Origin: Octopus vulgaris
Taxonomy: Eukaryota
DNA: 64,000 nt
Direction: 5' to 3'
Assembly (NCBI GenBank): GCA_951406725.2
Contig: OX597814.1
Span: 20,770,001 to 20,834,000 of the forward strand
The notes under the pieces are model-generated. The model worked only from the letters and a program-made list of their open reading frames with translations, was not told where the DNA came from and ran no database searches. A program made the position numbers and the translations under genes. Below are positions 1-14,300 of this stretch, one piece after another (the first letter of the stretch is position 1; each line of letters opens with the position of its first letter).

Positions 1-185
1 TGGTCCAACATGGAACATATATCCCACTATATTAATTACTCCAGAAGGTGTGACCTGTGTCTGTTGACAATATATCACTTTCAATTACACCCTTTAGTAA
101 CTGTGAACATAAAAAAACAAAAAAAAAACAGAATTGGTGAATTCTTTTAGACACTTCCCTCACTATTTATTAAGAAATTTCCAAC
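1..185 (+). mobile_element. Penelope-like element relic (C-terminus of GIY-YIG endonuclease region)
   Basis: Translates WS..H...Y....RRCDLCL and, after an A-run frameshift, TELVNSFRHFPHYLLRNF, resembling the RC.LCL...LNKR.EL...CRH tail of PLE proteins. Confidence 0.55.
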
Positions 186-274
186 TATTAACTGGCTACA
201 ATATTATATTTTCTACACAATGGAATTTTCATACCATGAAAGATGGTTATATATATATTTTGAAAACAAACCTC

Positions 275-660
275 TTTTACCTTTTATCTGCCTGCTTCAG
301 TCATTAGACTGTGACCATGCTGGGGCACCACCTTCAAGAATTTTTAGTTGAATGAATTGACTGCAGTGCTTTTTGTTTTTCTAAAGCCTGGTATTTATTC
401 TATCAGTCTCTGTTTCCAAAAATGCTAAGTTATGGGGATGTAAACGCACCAACACCAATTGTCATGCAGTGATGGGGAACAAACACAGACACAAAGACGC
501 ACACATGACAGGCTTCTTTCAGTTTCCAGTTACCAAATCCAACCACAAGGCTCTGGTCAGCCTGAGGCTATATAAGACATTTGTCCAAAGTGCCATGCAG
601 TGGGACTGAACCCAGAACCATGTGGTTGGGAAGCAAGTTTCTTACCACACAGCAATGCCA
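275..660 (-). mobile_element. tRNA-derived SINE family A (CORE-like), diverged copy
   Basis: Homologous to 17012-17412. Confidence 0.85.
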
Positions 661-1066
661 TTAATTAATCAATCTAACAATACTAACAAAAAACTTTATC
701 AACAATAGCAAATTCTTTTTTCCTAAGTGTGATTTATATGGAAGGCATGGAAACATGTTTTTCTAATATCAAGAATTAAAAATATCATGTTCTATGTATA
801 GCAAAGCTTAGGTGAATGTGTGAGGCATTTTCTAATGATTTTGCAGCAACCAATCAAATTACGATGTACTGTTAACCATCATATTTCAATGTGTTTATGA
901 ATATTTTTGTTTATATATTGTCATGTCAATCTCCTACTATGTTGCTGTGAGTATTCAGAAATGAGAAATTCAAACATATGATTCAAAAAGGTTTATCTTC
1001 TAATGAAATACAAGCGTGTGTATGTTTGTGTGGTTAAGGAGTTTGCTTTGCAATCACATGGATTCC

Positions 1067-1285
1067 AATTTCTTTACTACCCACAAGGGGCTAAACACAG
1101 AGAGGACAAACGGATTAAGTTGATTACATCGACCCCAGTGCGTAACTGTTACTTAATTTAGCGACCCCGAAAGGATGAAAGGCAAAGTCAACCTCGGCAG
1201 AATTTGAACTCAGAACGTAACGGCAGACGAAATACAGCTACGCATTTCGCCCAGCGTGCTAACGTTTCTGCCAGCTCGCCACCTT
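1067..1285 (-). mobile_element. tRNA-derived SINE family B (Meta/MESC-like core), with 14-bp TSD
   Basis: TSD ATCACATGGATTCC at 1053-1066 and 1286-1299; B-box-like GAGTTCAAATTC; core GCCTTTCATCCTTTCGGGGTCG. Confidence 0.9.
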
Positions 1286-3056
1286 ATCACATGGATTCCT
1301 ACTATACAGAAAATTACAATCATTGATATTGCTGGGTGCTTCTACCATCATCTATAAAAGAATAGTGGAAAAATTTCTTTAAATCATAGCCTATATTCTT
1401 GAATAAGGAAGGACACATTGAATAACATAGTTCCAGATACACTGCTGAAAAAAAAGATGGAAACTCAACCCATCAACAGATCATCAAACTCAGTTTGCTG
1501 CACACCCCAACCCATATCACCCGACTAAAGATAAATAACAAAACAGTGAAAATTGAAAAATTTAATGAGTTCCATGTTACTGATTCATCTAAGCAAGTTC
1601 TTTCATTTATCATTTTGTCACCTGAAGGATTGCCTGTAATGTGGACTTATGTTGTGACAGTGATTCATCACATTCAAATGAATTCCTATGTGTATGTATG
1701 TATATATATATATATATACATGCACACATACATAATTGAAATGTGTTTCTGCTAAGTATTGTGATGTTCAGTGGAGGAAATTCCTATCATTCATAGCAAT
1801 ACTTTCTCTTTAGGTTAAGCTGTACAACAATATTGAAAGGTGTTCCTTCATCAGAAAAATCATCTTTCATACTGGAAAGGCTCTAAAATTTTGACTATTT
1901 GAAATCAAACTAACTTCTGATGGACAATTTGCTCAACTAGTTAGCTATTTATGGATCACAATGGATATCTTCATACATTCAGCTCCTGTGATTCAGAAGG
2001 AGACCTTTTTTTTTTCCATAAGTAACTGTAGTGGTGATGGTAGCAACAGTTGATTTTTCTGTACAAACAAAGGAACCTGTGTTTCTTTTGGTATTTCAAA
2101 TTGCTGTAGTTTCTGTTTTATGGTGATGAGGCAAAATTTGAACTCAGAATGCACAGAACTGGAACAAACAGTGAGGCATCCTATCCAGCATTTAACATCT
2201 AAGAATTTCACTTATCCTCCACTCTGAATTGATACTTTTTTCAACCTTGAAAGGATGAAAGCAAAGTTTATCTTGGCAAGATTTGAATTCCAAAAGCCAA
2301 GAGAATAAATACTGTGAGGCATTCAATTCAATATGCTAATCCAATCACCACTTGTTTTTAGTAAATTTCATATCATTTTTTAGTTCTTTTTTTATAGAAC
2401 CATTACTTTGATACTCTGAACCATAAGAGCTAAATATCCATGGATGTTCATATACAAATTCATCTGAAGATAACAGTAAAATTCCTTTACATAAACTTCA
2501 GATTATTTAATTTTAGGCTCAATATTTAGAGAAACTAGCTTTATGTCTGAAAAAAAAAATCTCTTTTGGCTGACCTAGAAAGTAACCTGTTATTGTAGAG
2601 TTTCCTTGACATGCAAGTTCCCTCCTCAGACATGGACTAGAAAACATGGATAAAATTTTTGCTGCAATGGGCTCACGGAGAACACTTTTAAGGCACAATT
2701 CACACAACATGTGGACAAATTTAGTCACAGGAATAAATAAAATTTTATCTTGTCGTCAAAATACATCTGGCTCTTTAAGGAGAGAAGGACAGAGAATTAT
2801 CTACCTAGGGTGGAATAGAGCTATGAAAGCAAATATATATAATGGTTGGTAGGTGAAATTTGAAGTCCTAATTAACTTGATCTTTATAATGAACTGATTC
2901 TCCTTTCAATATAGAGTCATCCCCGCCAGGAAATGTTCCATTACTATTCTTCAAACACACATCAAATATGTGTGTGTAAAAGAGAGAGAGAGTATGAAGT
3001 AAGAATTTACATTTAGCTTGCAGATTTGAAAATTACAGGATAGTTGAGTTCTTTAA

Positions 3057-4551
3057 CCCTTTTACATTCATCATCATCATCATTTAACATCTGTTCTCCA
3101 TGCTGGCAAGGGTTCGATGGTTTGACAGGAGCTGACCAGCTGTTCAGACTTCTCGTCTGTTTTGGTATGGTTTCTATGGCTGGATGCCATTCCTAATGCT
3201 GACCACTTTACAAAGTGTACTGGGTGCATTTATGCAGCACTGGCACAGGTGCTTTTTACATGGCCCTAGCACCTATGAGCACACAAGATTAGGGATGCTC
3301 AGCTGGAGAAGGTTGCAGGGGATGAGCCTGTATGTAAGGACAACCATGCTTTTACTCAGCTTGACATGTTTTTTCAAACACAGCAACCCTCCAGGAGTCT
3401 TGGTCCCCTATCATCCTCTCTGTGAGTGCCAACATCTGTAGATCCTTTCTCACCACTTTGTCCCACATCTACCCCTTCAACAATTAGAAATTGGCACCTC
3501 TTGATGCAACTGTTCCTCATTCATAGGCATTACATGACTATACCAATGCAGTCTTCTCTCTTGCACATTACATCTGATGTTACATATACCCAGTTTTTCT
3601 CTCAGATCACTTACACTCTGTTTTATATGTACAACTGCCATTACCCATCCAATGAAGCATACTAGCTTCATTTCTTTCAAGTCTTCGCATATCCTCAGTA
3701 GTCAAAGGCCATGTCTCACTGCCACATAGCACAGCTGTTCATACACAGGCATTGTATAAACTGCCTTTCATTCTGAGGGAGAGGCCCTTCATTACTAAGA
3801 GAGATAGTAGCTCTCTGAACTTTGCCCAGCCTATTCTTATTTTAGAAGGTATGCTTTTGGAACAACCACCCCCACTACTAACTTGGCCACCTAAGAAAAA
3901 TGGAAACTGTCTACTACTTCCAGTGATCCCCACTGGCATATGGGAGAGTCTATTTTTTTTACATTCCTGGTGTTTAATGTACCAGCATATTTGCCACATG
4001 TAAAGACTACCTTCTCTGTTAATCATCCAATGATACCACTGCACTCTTATGTATCCATAGCTTGCACTAAGTATACCTTATGGAGTTTTTTGACACCTTT
4101 TCTACATATTAAACAGGGCCATCTCCCTGAAGGGATCTGCGATTTGTCTGTTTTCCTACTTATCAATACTTTGGTCTTTGCTGTTATACTTGTATTTCTT
4201 CTCTAGTTCTGGTAGCAATTCAGCAATAAGAACAAGGTCATCAGTATAGTGGAGCTCCCAAGGGCAGCTAGTCTTAAATTCCTCAGTAATAGCTTGAAGG
4301 ACCATGATAAATATAAAGAGGCTAAGAACTGAACCCTGGTGAACTCCTACTTATACACTAAATTCCTCGCTGTACTTATTGGTGACTCACCTTACTAACA
4401 GCATCCCTCTACATAGTTTGTACAGCTGTCTTTAATTAATCATGCAATATCTTTTAGATTAAAAACTTTGATGATGTGATCGTACATTTTTAGAATGAAA
4501 TTGAAGGGTAGGTGTGATAAGCTGGATATGGCCGGTTTAAACGCTAAAGTG
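3057..4551. mobile_element. piggyBac-type MITE split by an RTE insertion
   Basis: TTAA-CCCTTT at 3053-3062; right part 4430-4551 homologous to the MITE at 17946-18166 and ending CTAAAGTG-TTAA. Confidence 0.75.
3069..4428 (-). mobile_element. 5'-truncated degenerate RTE LINE
   Basis: ORFs 3477..3680 (ERRLHWYSHV) and 3739..4044; homologous to 45130-46150; (GAT)n tail at 3069-3083. Confidence 0.9.
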
Positions 4552-5389
4552 TTAAACTGTAACAACCTTAAGGTGGCTATAGTTGATAAGAGACCACAAC
4601 TGGAACCTTTCTGCAAGCAAAGTTAAGTCCTTGCTACCCTACTCAGGTGTAGTTTACAAGCTAAGGGGTGAAATGCTTGTGACCCTGAGATACCTGCTAA
4701 TGATATGGAAGGGTTTCCAGTATTGCATTGGGTTTATAAGAGCTGGCAAAATTTCCATGTAGTTCCTGCAGTTTCTATATGGGCAAAGCATCTCTGATGT
4801 TTATTTCACCTTAGGCTGTACATAACCCTTCATTCTAAGTAATGACTGAAACCACAGCTCAAATATCTTGATAGTAAACTGATATATCTGAAGCTTATGT
4901 TTAAGCTCTGGAGAAAAATTTCAAGCAATCATTACATATATTGATAATCAATTCAGTTTCAGATTTTTTTTATTCAAAATACATTTTGTTTGATGCAATT
5001 CTTCTAACATTGAGATTAAAACTTTATAACTGTAATACCATTTTATTATTTTATAATGTGTTTAAATGGTGAAATAATCATTACAAATAACGTGAAACAC
5101 AACACCTTAACCTGTTTAAAAAATTTTCATCATAACATTAAAATAACAACTAGTGCCAGGTGTTACCCAAATGTCATTCTAACTCAGGTGTCCATCTCAC
5201 TATTTGATCTGTGCTATAATCTTAACTGCTTATCTTAATGTCAGTACAAGTAACTAACCAGATAACACATTTGACATAAAATTTAACAATATGCAAACAG
5301 GTGTTTTATTTAAAAATCAATAAATCTATGAAACTGACATTTTACAACTTTTGTAGATGTTTGTGAACAATCTTTGAATAGCTTTTATT

Positions 5390-5725
5390 TTTTACTTTGA
5401 TTGTGGTCAAGCTGGGGAACTGCCTTGATGGATTTACTTGAATAAATCAAATCCAGTACTTACTTTTTAATTAAAGGCTGGCACTTATTTTAACAGTCTC
5501 TTTTGCTGGTCGGTTAATTTACGAGGATGTAATCAAGCCAGATAAAAAACATGAATACACATTCACATACATATATACGATGGGCTTCTTTCAGTTTTTG
5601 TCTATAAAAACCATTTACAAGGCTTTGGTTGACCCTAGATAAGAACAGAAGACACCTGCCCAAGGTGCTATACAGTGGAAGTGAACCCAGAATCAGGTGG
5701 TTGAGAAGCAAACTTACAACACAGC
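5390..5725 (-). mobile_element. SINE family A, diverged
   Basis: AGACACCTGCCCAAGGTG core and tail similarity. Confidence 0.75.
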
Positions 5726-7589
5726 TATATTAGTTTATTGTTTTTCTGAAAGTCACTTATATCAATTTAACACATTTTATTGATGACAAAATATACACAG
5801 TATTAACTGATGATTGTTGTTTGGTAAATGAAAATAACTATTTCCCAAATTTCTTGCTTTTACAGAACAATATTATTTTATTGATTTCAATTTTTGATAA
5901 CTTACCTAGATCTCTAACTTTTTAGGAAAACAATAGTCTATTCTTGAGTTAGATAAATTTAAAACACACGATGAACAAAAGAATGATTCTGATTTTGTTG
6001 AAGCCCAAATAGAAATCTTTATTCTATAAAATGTAGATTAAGTAGAAGCAATTTTTCAATGTTATAATACATACATATAAACATCAGCTGATATTAACAA
6101 TATTCAGTGCAAAAATGTGCATTACAATAGTTTAACAGATGTTAACTAAAGTAATTAGTCTTGTACCAATGACCTATGTAAATAACATTCATCATCTATA
6201 AATATTTTTAGACCAATTTTAAAATACAGCCTTTACATTCTAAAAAGTCTTACTATGTTTTCAATTCTTCGTGTGTGTGTGTGTGTGTATACACACATGT
6301 ACATATCCACACACACGCACACACATAAAATCATCACCTTCATTTCACGTCCGCTTCTCCATACTGCATGGGTTGGACGGAGAAATTTAAGTTTCTAGGT
6401 TATACAAAGACTTGAACTCAGATCATTGGATTTAGAGTTCAAAGTGCTAACCAAAATATAATGATATCATGTATGAAGACATAATTAAAAATTTAGTTTG
6501 ATCTACACTGCAGTAAGTGCAATTTATTTTTGTGTGATAAGAGAGCAAATTTTAATTAATAATTTATCCAATTGAAAAAATGTACAGAACTAAAATACGA
6601 TTTGATAATCATATTATTTCAGTTTAGAACAAAAGGCTGTCATTGAAAATCTAAATTATATTGAATCATAGAAAGTACTTTTCCAGTGTTATTTTTCATT
6701 GGATACTTGTTGGAGTTAGAATTTTAAAAAAAAATTCAATTATGGTATCTATAACTCTTCAATATTGTTTTAAAGACATTGTGATTTAGGTTTAGGGGAT
6801 TAGCACCAATGATAGTAAAAGCAAATTGCTTTCTAACACAATGTTCAAGTTTCAATGTACTTTGTTTATAGAGATAATTAATTTGGTTGTAATTGGTTAT
6901 TAAATATAATTATAAATCCTTCGTTTTATTAATGCATTTCAAACTGAGGTATGAATAAAGATTAATAAATAAGCATCAATAAATAACAAAGATATTTTTT
7001 TTATTTATAATCAAGTGACAAAATATTTCTAACAAGATTAGCAATGATGTCAATGAACGGAATGCATATGTATGAATTTTTGGAATTCATTTCAAATATC
7101 TTTACTACAGAGCTTATCTGAAACTAGCTTTTCTAGATTCTGAGACCTAAAACCTTTATGCTAAGGACATTTTAAAAAATTTCATGTGACACAAACATTA
7201 CTGAGTATTACATTACATAATGATAATTCTGTATAATGCTTCAAAAGGGTGATAACAAGAAAGGGACAACAGAATTTTTTAACCACTGATTCCTGCTATC
7301 GAAGTATAATACCGCACACGTGTGTGTGTCTGTATATATTCTCAAATGTGATAAGTCTAAATAACTATGAAAGGGGAAATAATTAAGGGGTTAATTTGAT
7401 TTCGATTTCATAAATGAATATAATAGTTTTGTAAAAACTTTTATCTAGAAATAGATTTTTTTAAAAAATTGTCTTTAAGTATTCTTACAGTATCTGAAAT
7501 AACAATGGACTGGGGGAGGAAAAATCGTCATCGTCATCATCTTGCCCATTGTCATCTTCATCATATAAATGTAATTAGTACCATCACTG

Positions 7590-7726
7590 TTAGTCTATTT
7601 GTACTTTTGCTTGTGCCAGACGAGGTGCATCAACAAATACCTCTCCAAACATATAGATGGCCAACACTGATGAAATGCAAAAGCCGCCCCAGAAAAATAT
7701 GTATAATATTTGTTCCGTGGCATGTT
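7590..7726 (-). CDS. SACM1L: SAC1 last coding exon (137 nt incl. TAA), TM2 and tail: [45 protein letters not shown]
   Basis: Y..FWG and FVDAPRL; cag acceptor; TAA at 7592-7590; 3' UTR end not determinable. Confidence 0.96.
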
Positions 7727-10700
7727 CTGAAAATATAGAGATAAATATAAAAAATAAACAAGTATAAGAGACATTAAGTTACAAATAAGTTAAATAAAGT
7801 GTAAAATTGCACATAAGTTTGGCTTATCTATTGCTTTTGTTTTTTTAGTGATCATTCCTATAACAAACACTGAAGAAGGAGTAGACATCATTATATACAC
7901 AATCAGATATCTTGATCTTATTTTGATGAAAATGTGTAAGAATTTTAAAATATAAAATGTGTGAATGTACCCTCTTGATTACGTAAAGGAAAGCAATTCA
8001 AAGTATACATTCTGACATGAGTAAACTCAAATTCAATAGAAGTTTTTAAACAATCTAAAATGATATTTGATCTAATAAATATACTAACACAAGAATACTA
8101 GCTCAATTAAGTGGCACCCACCAAAAAAAAAAAAAAAAAAAAAGAGAGAGAGAGAGAAAGAAAGAACAACTTTTCATGTCATAGACAATTACAGCAGTAG
8201 TAAATGAAGATAGATACAGAATAATGTTTCATGATCCAGAAAACTGTAAAGCAGAAATAGCTGAATGAACAGTCATGTATTGTATTATTTACTTTGAAAC
8301 CAATGCTGAAGTGGATGCTATTGCACAATGTAAAATTACACCAAGTTTTGCAACATCATACAAAACAAAAATTTCTTCAATACCTCCTCATATCACAAGT
8401 ATATCAACTTTGTGTAATGAAATATTCTAATGATGTGAACACCAGTTTTGAGTAGGACCATTGGTAACCTAGAAGAATATTGTTCAACATCAGAAGGTAA
8501 TAAATATACCTATTATTTTAATTTCTCTACTATAAAAAAATTAAAGGCATCTGTCTGTGATAGGGTTAAAATCTAAAATGCTTATCTCCCAATGAAACAT
8601 GGCTTCTCATGTTATATATTCACTTTTCTTATTCATTTGTATGCCTACACAAACTAAATTTTGAAATAAGCTATTTTTTAACGAGCTTATTCTTCTTGTT
8701 GACTTCACTTTCTTTCTCTTTCTTACTCTCAAGGGAAAGATTTGCGAGTGTTAAGCTATGGACAAGGGTACTAGGACTAAGGATACAATTGATAGTGAGT
8801 TTAGTGAAGTGTATGGTAAAGTGTTCACTGTTATCTCTCTGATGGAGATCAAGACTAAATGCTCTTCAGAATTTCAATGTATTGATTGTTTTAAGAGCAG
8901 AATCCATTAAAGAGTTGCAGAAAAAGTTCAAAACCGGGAAGAATGTTCTGAAGTCTAGATCTTGTTAGTAATGGACAACCCCAGTGTTATTTTGGAAGTG
9001 GTTTTGCTTGATATGTAGGAAGGAAGTAGATAGGGACTAGTATACACTACTTAAATGTAAGTAATAGATACACAAAAGATGCAGTAGGATCTCTGGCAGA
9101 CTGACAGATAATGACTTTAGATATTATAGATGCACAGAAACAAATTTCAGCAGGAGTTACAATAAAGTTTTAAAAATAGGCATTTATACAACTAGAAGCT
9201 GTTCTTAGCATCAGTTACTCAATCATGAATTATAATTGATGTCTGTTTTCAAGAATGAAAGATTAAGCTGGATGATAAAGTGGTTTCACAAGAACACATT
9301 TAAACCAGAATTTAAACTCATGACCTATAGTTCAATAGTAAAAAAAATTCCCATCATTGTAACATTTAAATAGCAAATTATGGATACTTTAAACATTAAA
9401 AGTGAAAGAATGAAAATAATCAACACATAAGAATCTTACAATTTGGCATTTAAAAAAATTTAATATTTGAAAAACTTACCATCAGGCAAAAGTAAACAAA
9501 TAACAAGCATTGCGAAGGAAACAAAAAATACGGCTGGCAACTGAAAAAAAAAAATGTATTAAAAGATGTTGCATAAAATTTTATAAATCATTTTTTACAT
9601 TCATTGATGAAGATAGACTAAAATCAAGTTTTCAATTAAAAATGGTATCATTAGAAATGAAGCAACTGTAAACTACAATACAGTAATTTATTTAAATCAA
9701 GTATATAGAATTTCATATTGTCCATTGAATCAGTCTACTTAGTACTTGCTCTGCACTATTCTACAAAGATGACAGGTAAATTAAGGTTAAAAGAATAAAA
9801 ATTCTAAGATGTAGCTATGTACAATAACACATTAGTACCATACCATTTTCATTGCAATTAAACATTTAAAAAAAAACCAAAAGATTATGTGAAAGAAATT
9901 AGATGAACTGTTTCTTAACCCTTCAGTATTCAGATGACTCTGTCCAATACAATTTTTATTTATTCACAGTTTTGAATTATTCATGCATTATCTCAGATCT
10001 TCGAGATTTCAATGATATAATTACTTATTTTTAGAATGATGTTATAGGGTAGGTGGGAGAAGCTGAATCTGGTCATTTTCAGGATAAAGCAAAGATATGA
10101 CCAATTTAAGTGCTAAAGAGTTAAATCTACTTATCTGTATCTGATTGACATTGCTATGTATTAAATGGCAACAGTAGTACCTAATCTTGCATTCATTACA
10201 AGAGATATTTGTTTTGTGAAATAACAGCAGTTTTAAGAGAAGTGAAGTGAGAGAAATGAAAAATTAGAAGGTAAAGATTTTTGCTAAAAAAAAGGATATT
10301 GCAGTGCTTGAGCTGCTTAAAACAAGAAATAAAGGAGAAGAATCTTGTTTGCCAGGTTTGCATTGCTTCTATGAACATAAGCTTCAAAAACATTTTCCAA
10401 TGGGGACATTACAACCTAATATTCCAAGTTCCTGTTAACAGAACATATCTCTCCTCTGACTAAATGAATATATAAATACAGACAATCACTATATATAATC
10501 AATGAGGCAGCCTTGAAATTACACACCTCTGGACTCATCCAAAATGTACATCTAAAAGCCTTAAAGTTACTACAAATGTTAAGCAACTCATCATTTGATG
10601 ATCTTTCTTGATCACTACAAATGTAGAAATTCATTAAATACTAAGTTTTCTCTTCAATAACAGAAAACACTTAATCTCAAAATCAAATAAAGTCCACATT

Positions 10701-11305
10701 AATGTGTCGACCAATGTTTTTTGAGATGATGCGAGTTATTAGATACACCAACATTTATGATAGCATTTAAGAAAAGGTCAACCAAACTGACTGTGTAGCC
10801 TCACTCACTGATATGCTTACAGCTTACAGACGTCTTCTTCCCTCTTTCTCTGTACATTCTATTACTACTTTAAATTATAAAGCTTCAAATTATATCTTCT
10901 TAAGATGATCCAAAGCACTCATCCTCTCTTATTATCTCAAACACTACAATAAATACTTTGAGAAACTTTCCTCTCAAGATAATACATCTTATAATACTTT
11001 CCTTTCCCTCATTACAAATATTGACCAACAAGATTTCAAACTGAACAATATGCAACCATCCCAGACACTTGATCTTACTTGTCTAAGAAGGCCTGCAAAG
11101 TTCCAGGGCATGGCTTTCCTTTGGCTAAATAAATAGAACAATAATAATGATAATAACAAGTACCAGTGTGTAACTGGTACTTATTTCATCGACCCTGAAA
11201 GAATGAAAAGCAAAGTCGACCTTGGTGGAATTTGAACTGAGGAACATAAAGACAGACAAAATGCCACTTAGCATTTTGCTTGGCATGCTAATGATTCTGC
11301 CACCC

Positions 11306-11342
<37 letters not shown>

Positions 11343-14300
11343 AATAATAATAATAATAATAATGATAATAATAATAAGTTTATACTTTGGCATGAGGCCA
11401 GCAATTCTGGGAGGGTGGTGGAGGGGTTAAGTCGATTACATTGACCCCAGCATTTAACTGGTACTTATTCTATCGGCCCCAAAAGGATGAAAGACAAAGT
11501 TGACCTCAGTGGAATTTGAACTCAGGACGTAAAAACGAAGAAATGCTGCTAAGCATTTTGCCAGGCATGCTAATGATTCTGCCAGTTCATCACCTTAACA
11601 TCATAATAATAATCATCATCATCATCATTTAACATGTTATCCATGCTGGGATGGGTTGGATGGTTTGACAGGAGCTGGTCAGCTGGAGAGTTGCCCAGGC
11701 TCCAACTGTTTGTTTTGGTATTGTTTCTAGAGTTAGATGCGCTTCGTAATGCTAACCACTGCAGAGAGTGTACTAGGCACCTTTATATGTAGCAATGGGT
11801 GCATTTTATGTGGCACTGGCACAGGGTGCCTTTATGTGGCACAACAAATAATAATAATAAATGCGCTAGTGGCTGTAATGCTTCAAGATACCTAATCATA
11901 GTTAATGAATTTGGATGGTAATAAAATGAAGTAACAAAAATTATAGGTCAATTTGTATCAAAGAATGGTGACTAATATTATTGATTTTTAAAGTAAATCA
12001 AGCTGAAGTGAGTGAATAATATGCATTTGGCAAAGCTTTTGAATACATCAGTCAAGTTAAATAGCTGGAAATAAGAAAGGTAGGACAATAAACTTTGAGT
12101 AGCATCAAGAGAATAAAAATACTGAATATATGGAGAATGTTATAAATTGCAACTAATTTATTAAATGCTTTATAGATTTAAATATATCCATTGGCCAATA
12201 TTTGATACATTTTGAAATATATAGGAATCAGTATTCTGCAGACATTACAATTTATTAAGTTAATCTAATGATATCAAATATAGAAATTACTGGAATTTAA
12301 AAAGGCTTTCACTTTTCTGTGAATTAAAGAAATTTTTTTTACCATATTTAGCTTTTGTAAAATTTTTTAAACACTGAATGAGAAATGTGTAGTTGTTTTT
12401 CTCTTTAAACATTCATACTTAGCAATTAGGTTAATTGGAAGGGAGAAAATAAAAACAGTTCATAGCTATATAATGTATACAAGAATTTTTTTAGAATTTT
12501 AAAGAATTTGGATTTTGCTTGTCATACTTCTGATTTTGATCATCATTATATATCACAACATCAGTTTCAAAGTAGTATTTAAATATGATACATAAATCAA
12601 ACTAATTGTAGTGTAATGAATAATAACTAAAAGATAGAAAAGAATCTAAGAAGAAAAATAAAGGGTGAAGTGAAAATGAGATGAAGTGAAAAGATATAAA
12701 TAAGAAATGTTAAAGCAAATATAATTTAAATTTAGCATAGACATATAATTAAAGTGGCATGAGTTAAAGGAAATAATACAAATGCAGCAGATGGTCTGGA
12801 GAATTTATAGCAAGAAAGAGGCTGTTGTATTTGTTGCTTATTAAGTCATATGTTAGTAATATATCATTGGTATCTTCATCACATATAGACAACTTTCACT
12901 AGTGTTGGCTATGGTGACTGATGCACCACATATCCCAACCTATTATCAATAAAGTTCATGAGCATTCTTAACACCATGTCCACCATCAGGGTCATGCCTG
13001 GTATTGGAAGGTCACTCAGAGTTCATTTTCCTACAGATGTTCATAGATGATGATTTTAACTGGTGGATAATTCTACATGACTGAGACAGTTTCTAGTTAG
13101 TAGCAGCCATCTTCCTTGTTGGGTCAACCTGGGTAAAGGTCATCATAACTATCACCAGGAAGTGACCAGTGAACAATCAGAGCCATTCAGAGCAACTGAG
13201 TGGAGCATCATCAACTGAGGAATATGGACAGGGATCTAGTGAGGCACCAAATTTAACACTGATAAAGGAAGATTGTCATTGGCTGAGGTCACAAATTTAT
13301 GTAAGTTAATATAAGCTGTGGTGAGATAATAGTACTGATGTGTTGAGTAAAATCCTTTGCTAGAGAGAACACTCCATCTCCAAACACACAAATGTTTGTG
13401 ATAGCACTAAGCATATAAGTATAAAGAATGTGTAGGAGAAGGAAAACATGAGAGAAGAATAAGAGAAGGACAAGTATCCAAGTGAAAAGAGTATGAAAAG
13501 GAAGGCAAGAGTGACAGTGTGGAGACAAGGAGAGTAACAAGTTATCCATGGCCTAAAAATAGGTACTAAAAGGTTGCAAAGATTGTGGCAAGTATATAAA
13601 CATAAACATATTAACATACACATACAAACATTTAAATTAATTCTCCTGAAGTCAGATGTGAGGGTGTGATTTGCTATGCATTCTTTGATTCCTTCACTAA
13701 AAGATTACATCAACTGGAAAGGTCAAATTAAATTTATGATAACAAGTGACTTTTTAGACAGACACTACTCTCTGAAAGAACAAAACTTGGCTCAGCAACC
13801 CTGATAGATAAAAGTCATTTTCTTCTTAGAAGTAATTTCTTTCAGTATACAAAAAATCTCATGATACTTTCCAGATATATTGAGATTTATAGAATCCGGA
13901 TACATACTTTGATGACAAACTTTGCCAAACTATTTTTGGAAAACTCTGAAAACATAAATCTCACCAAACTTTGATTTATACCTCCTGATGTATACTACTG
14001 CAAGTATATAATTAACCAAAACTATCTGTGCAGTATATAAAACCAAATATGCCTAATCTAACCTAAGATGGAAGCATTGATTAATTTCCAGAACTCAAAA
14101 CTATGGATTTATGAATCTTGAAATGGATGAGTTGTTTCCTCTTACATATATACTAAAGAAGGACTTAAAATTTAAATGAACAAAGCATATAATCCTATAT
14201 TTGACAAATTAAAAACTCTAGTCAGAGTCAAGACTATTGAAAAGGTTGCAAGACGCAACGAAAATTTTAGGAAAATAAAAATAAGAAATAAGTGGAAATT

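Noticed and set aside
30-100. Possible minus-strand exon of a neighbouring gene after ttcacag
   Set aside because: Stops in all three frames within about 70 nt; + strand better explained as a Penelope relic
5040-7589. SAC1 polyadenylation site
   Set aside because: Several minus-strand AATAAA candidates in AT-rich DNA; cannot choose without transcript data
7560-7592. Stop-codon readthrough extension of SAC1
   Set aside because: TAA is followed by CAG TGA, so no meaningful extension
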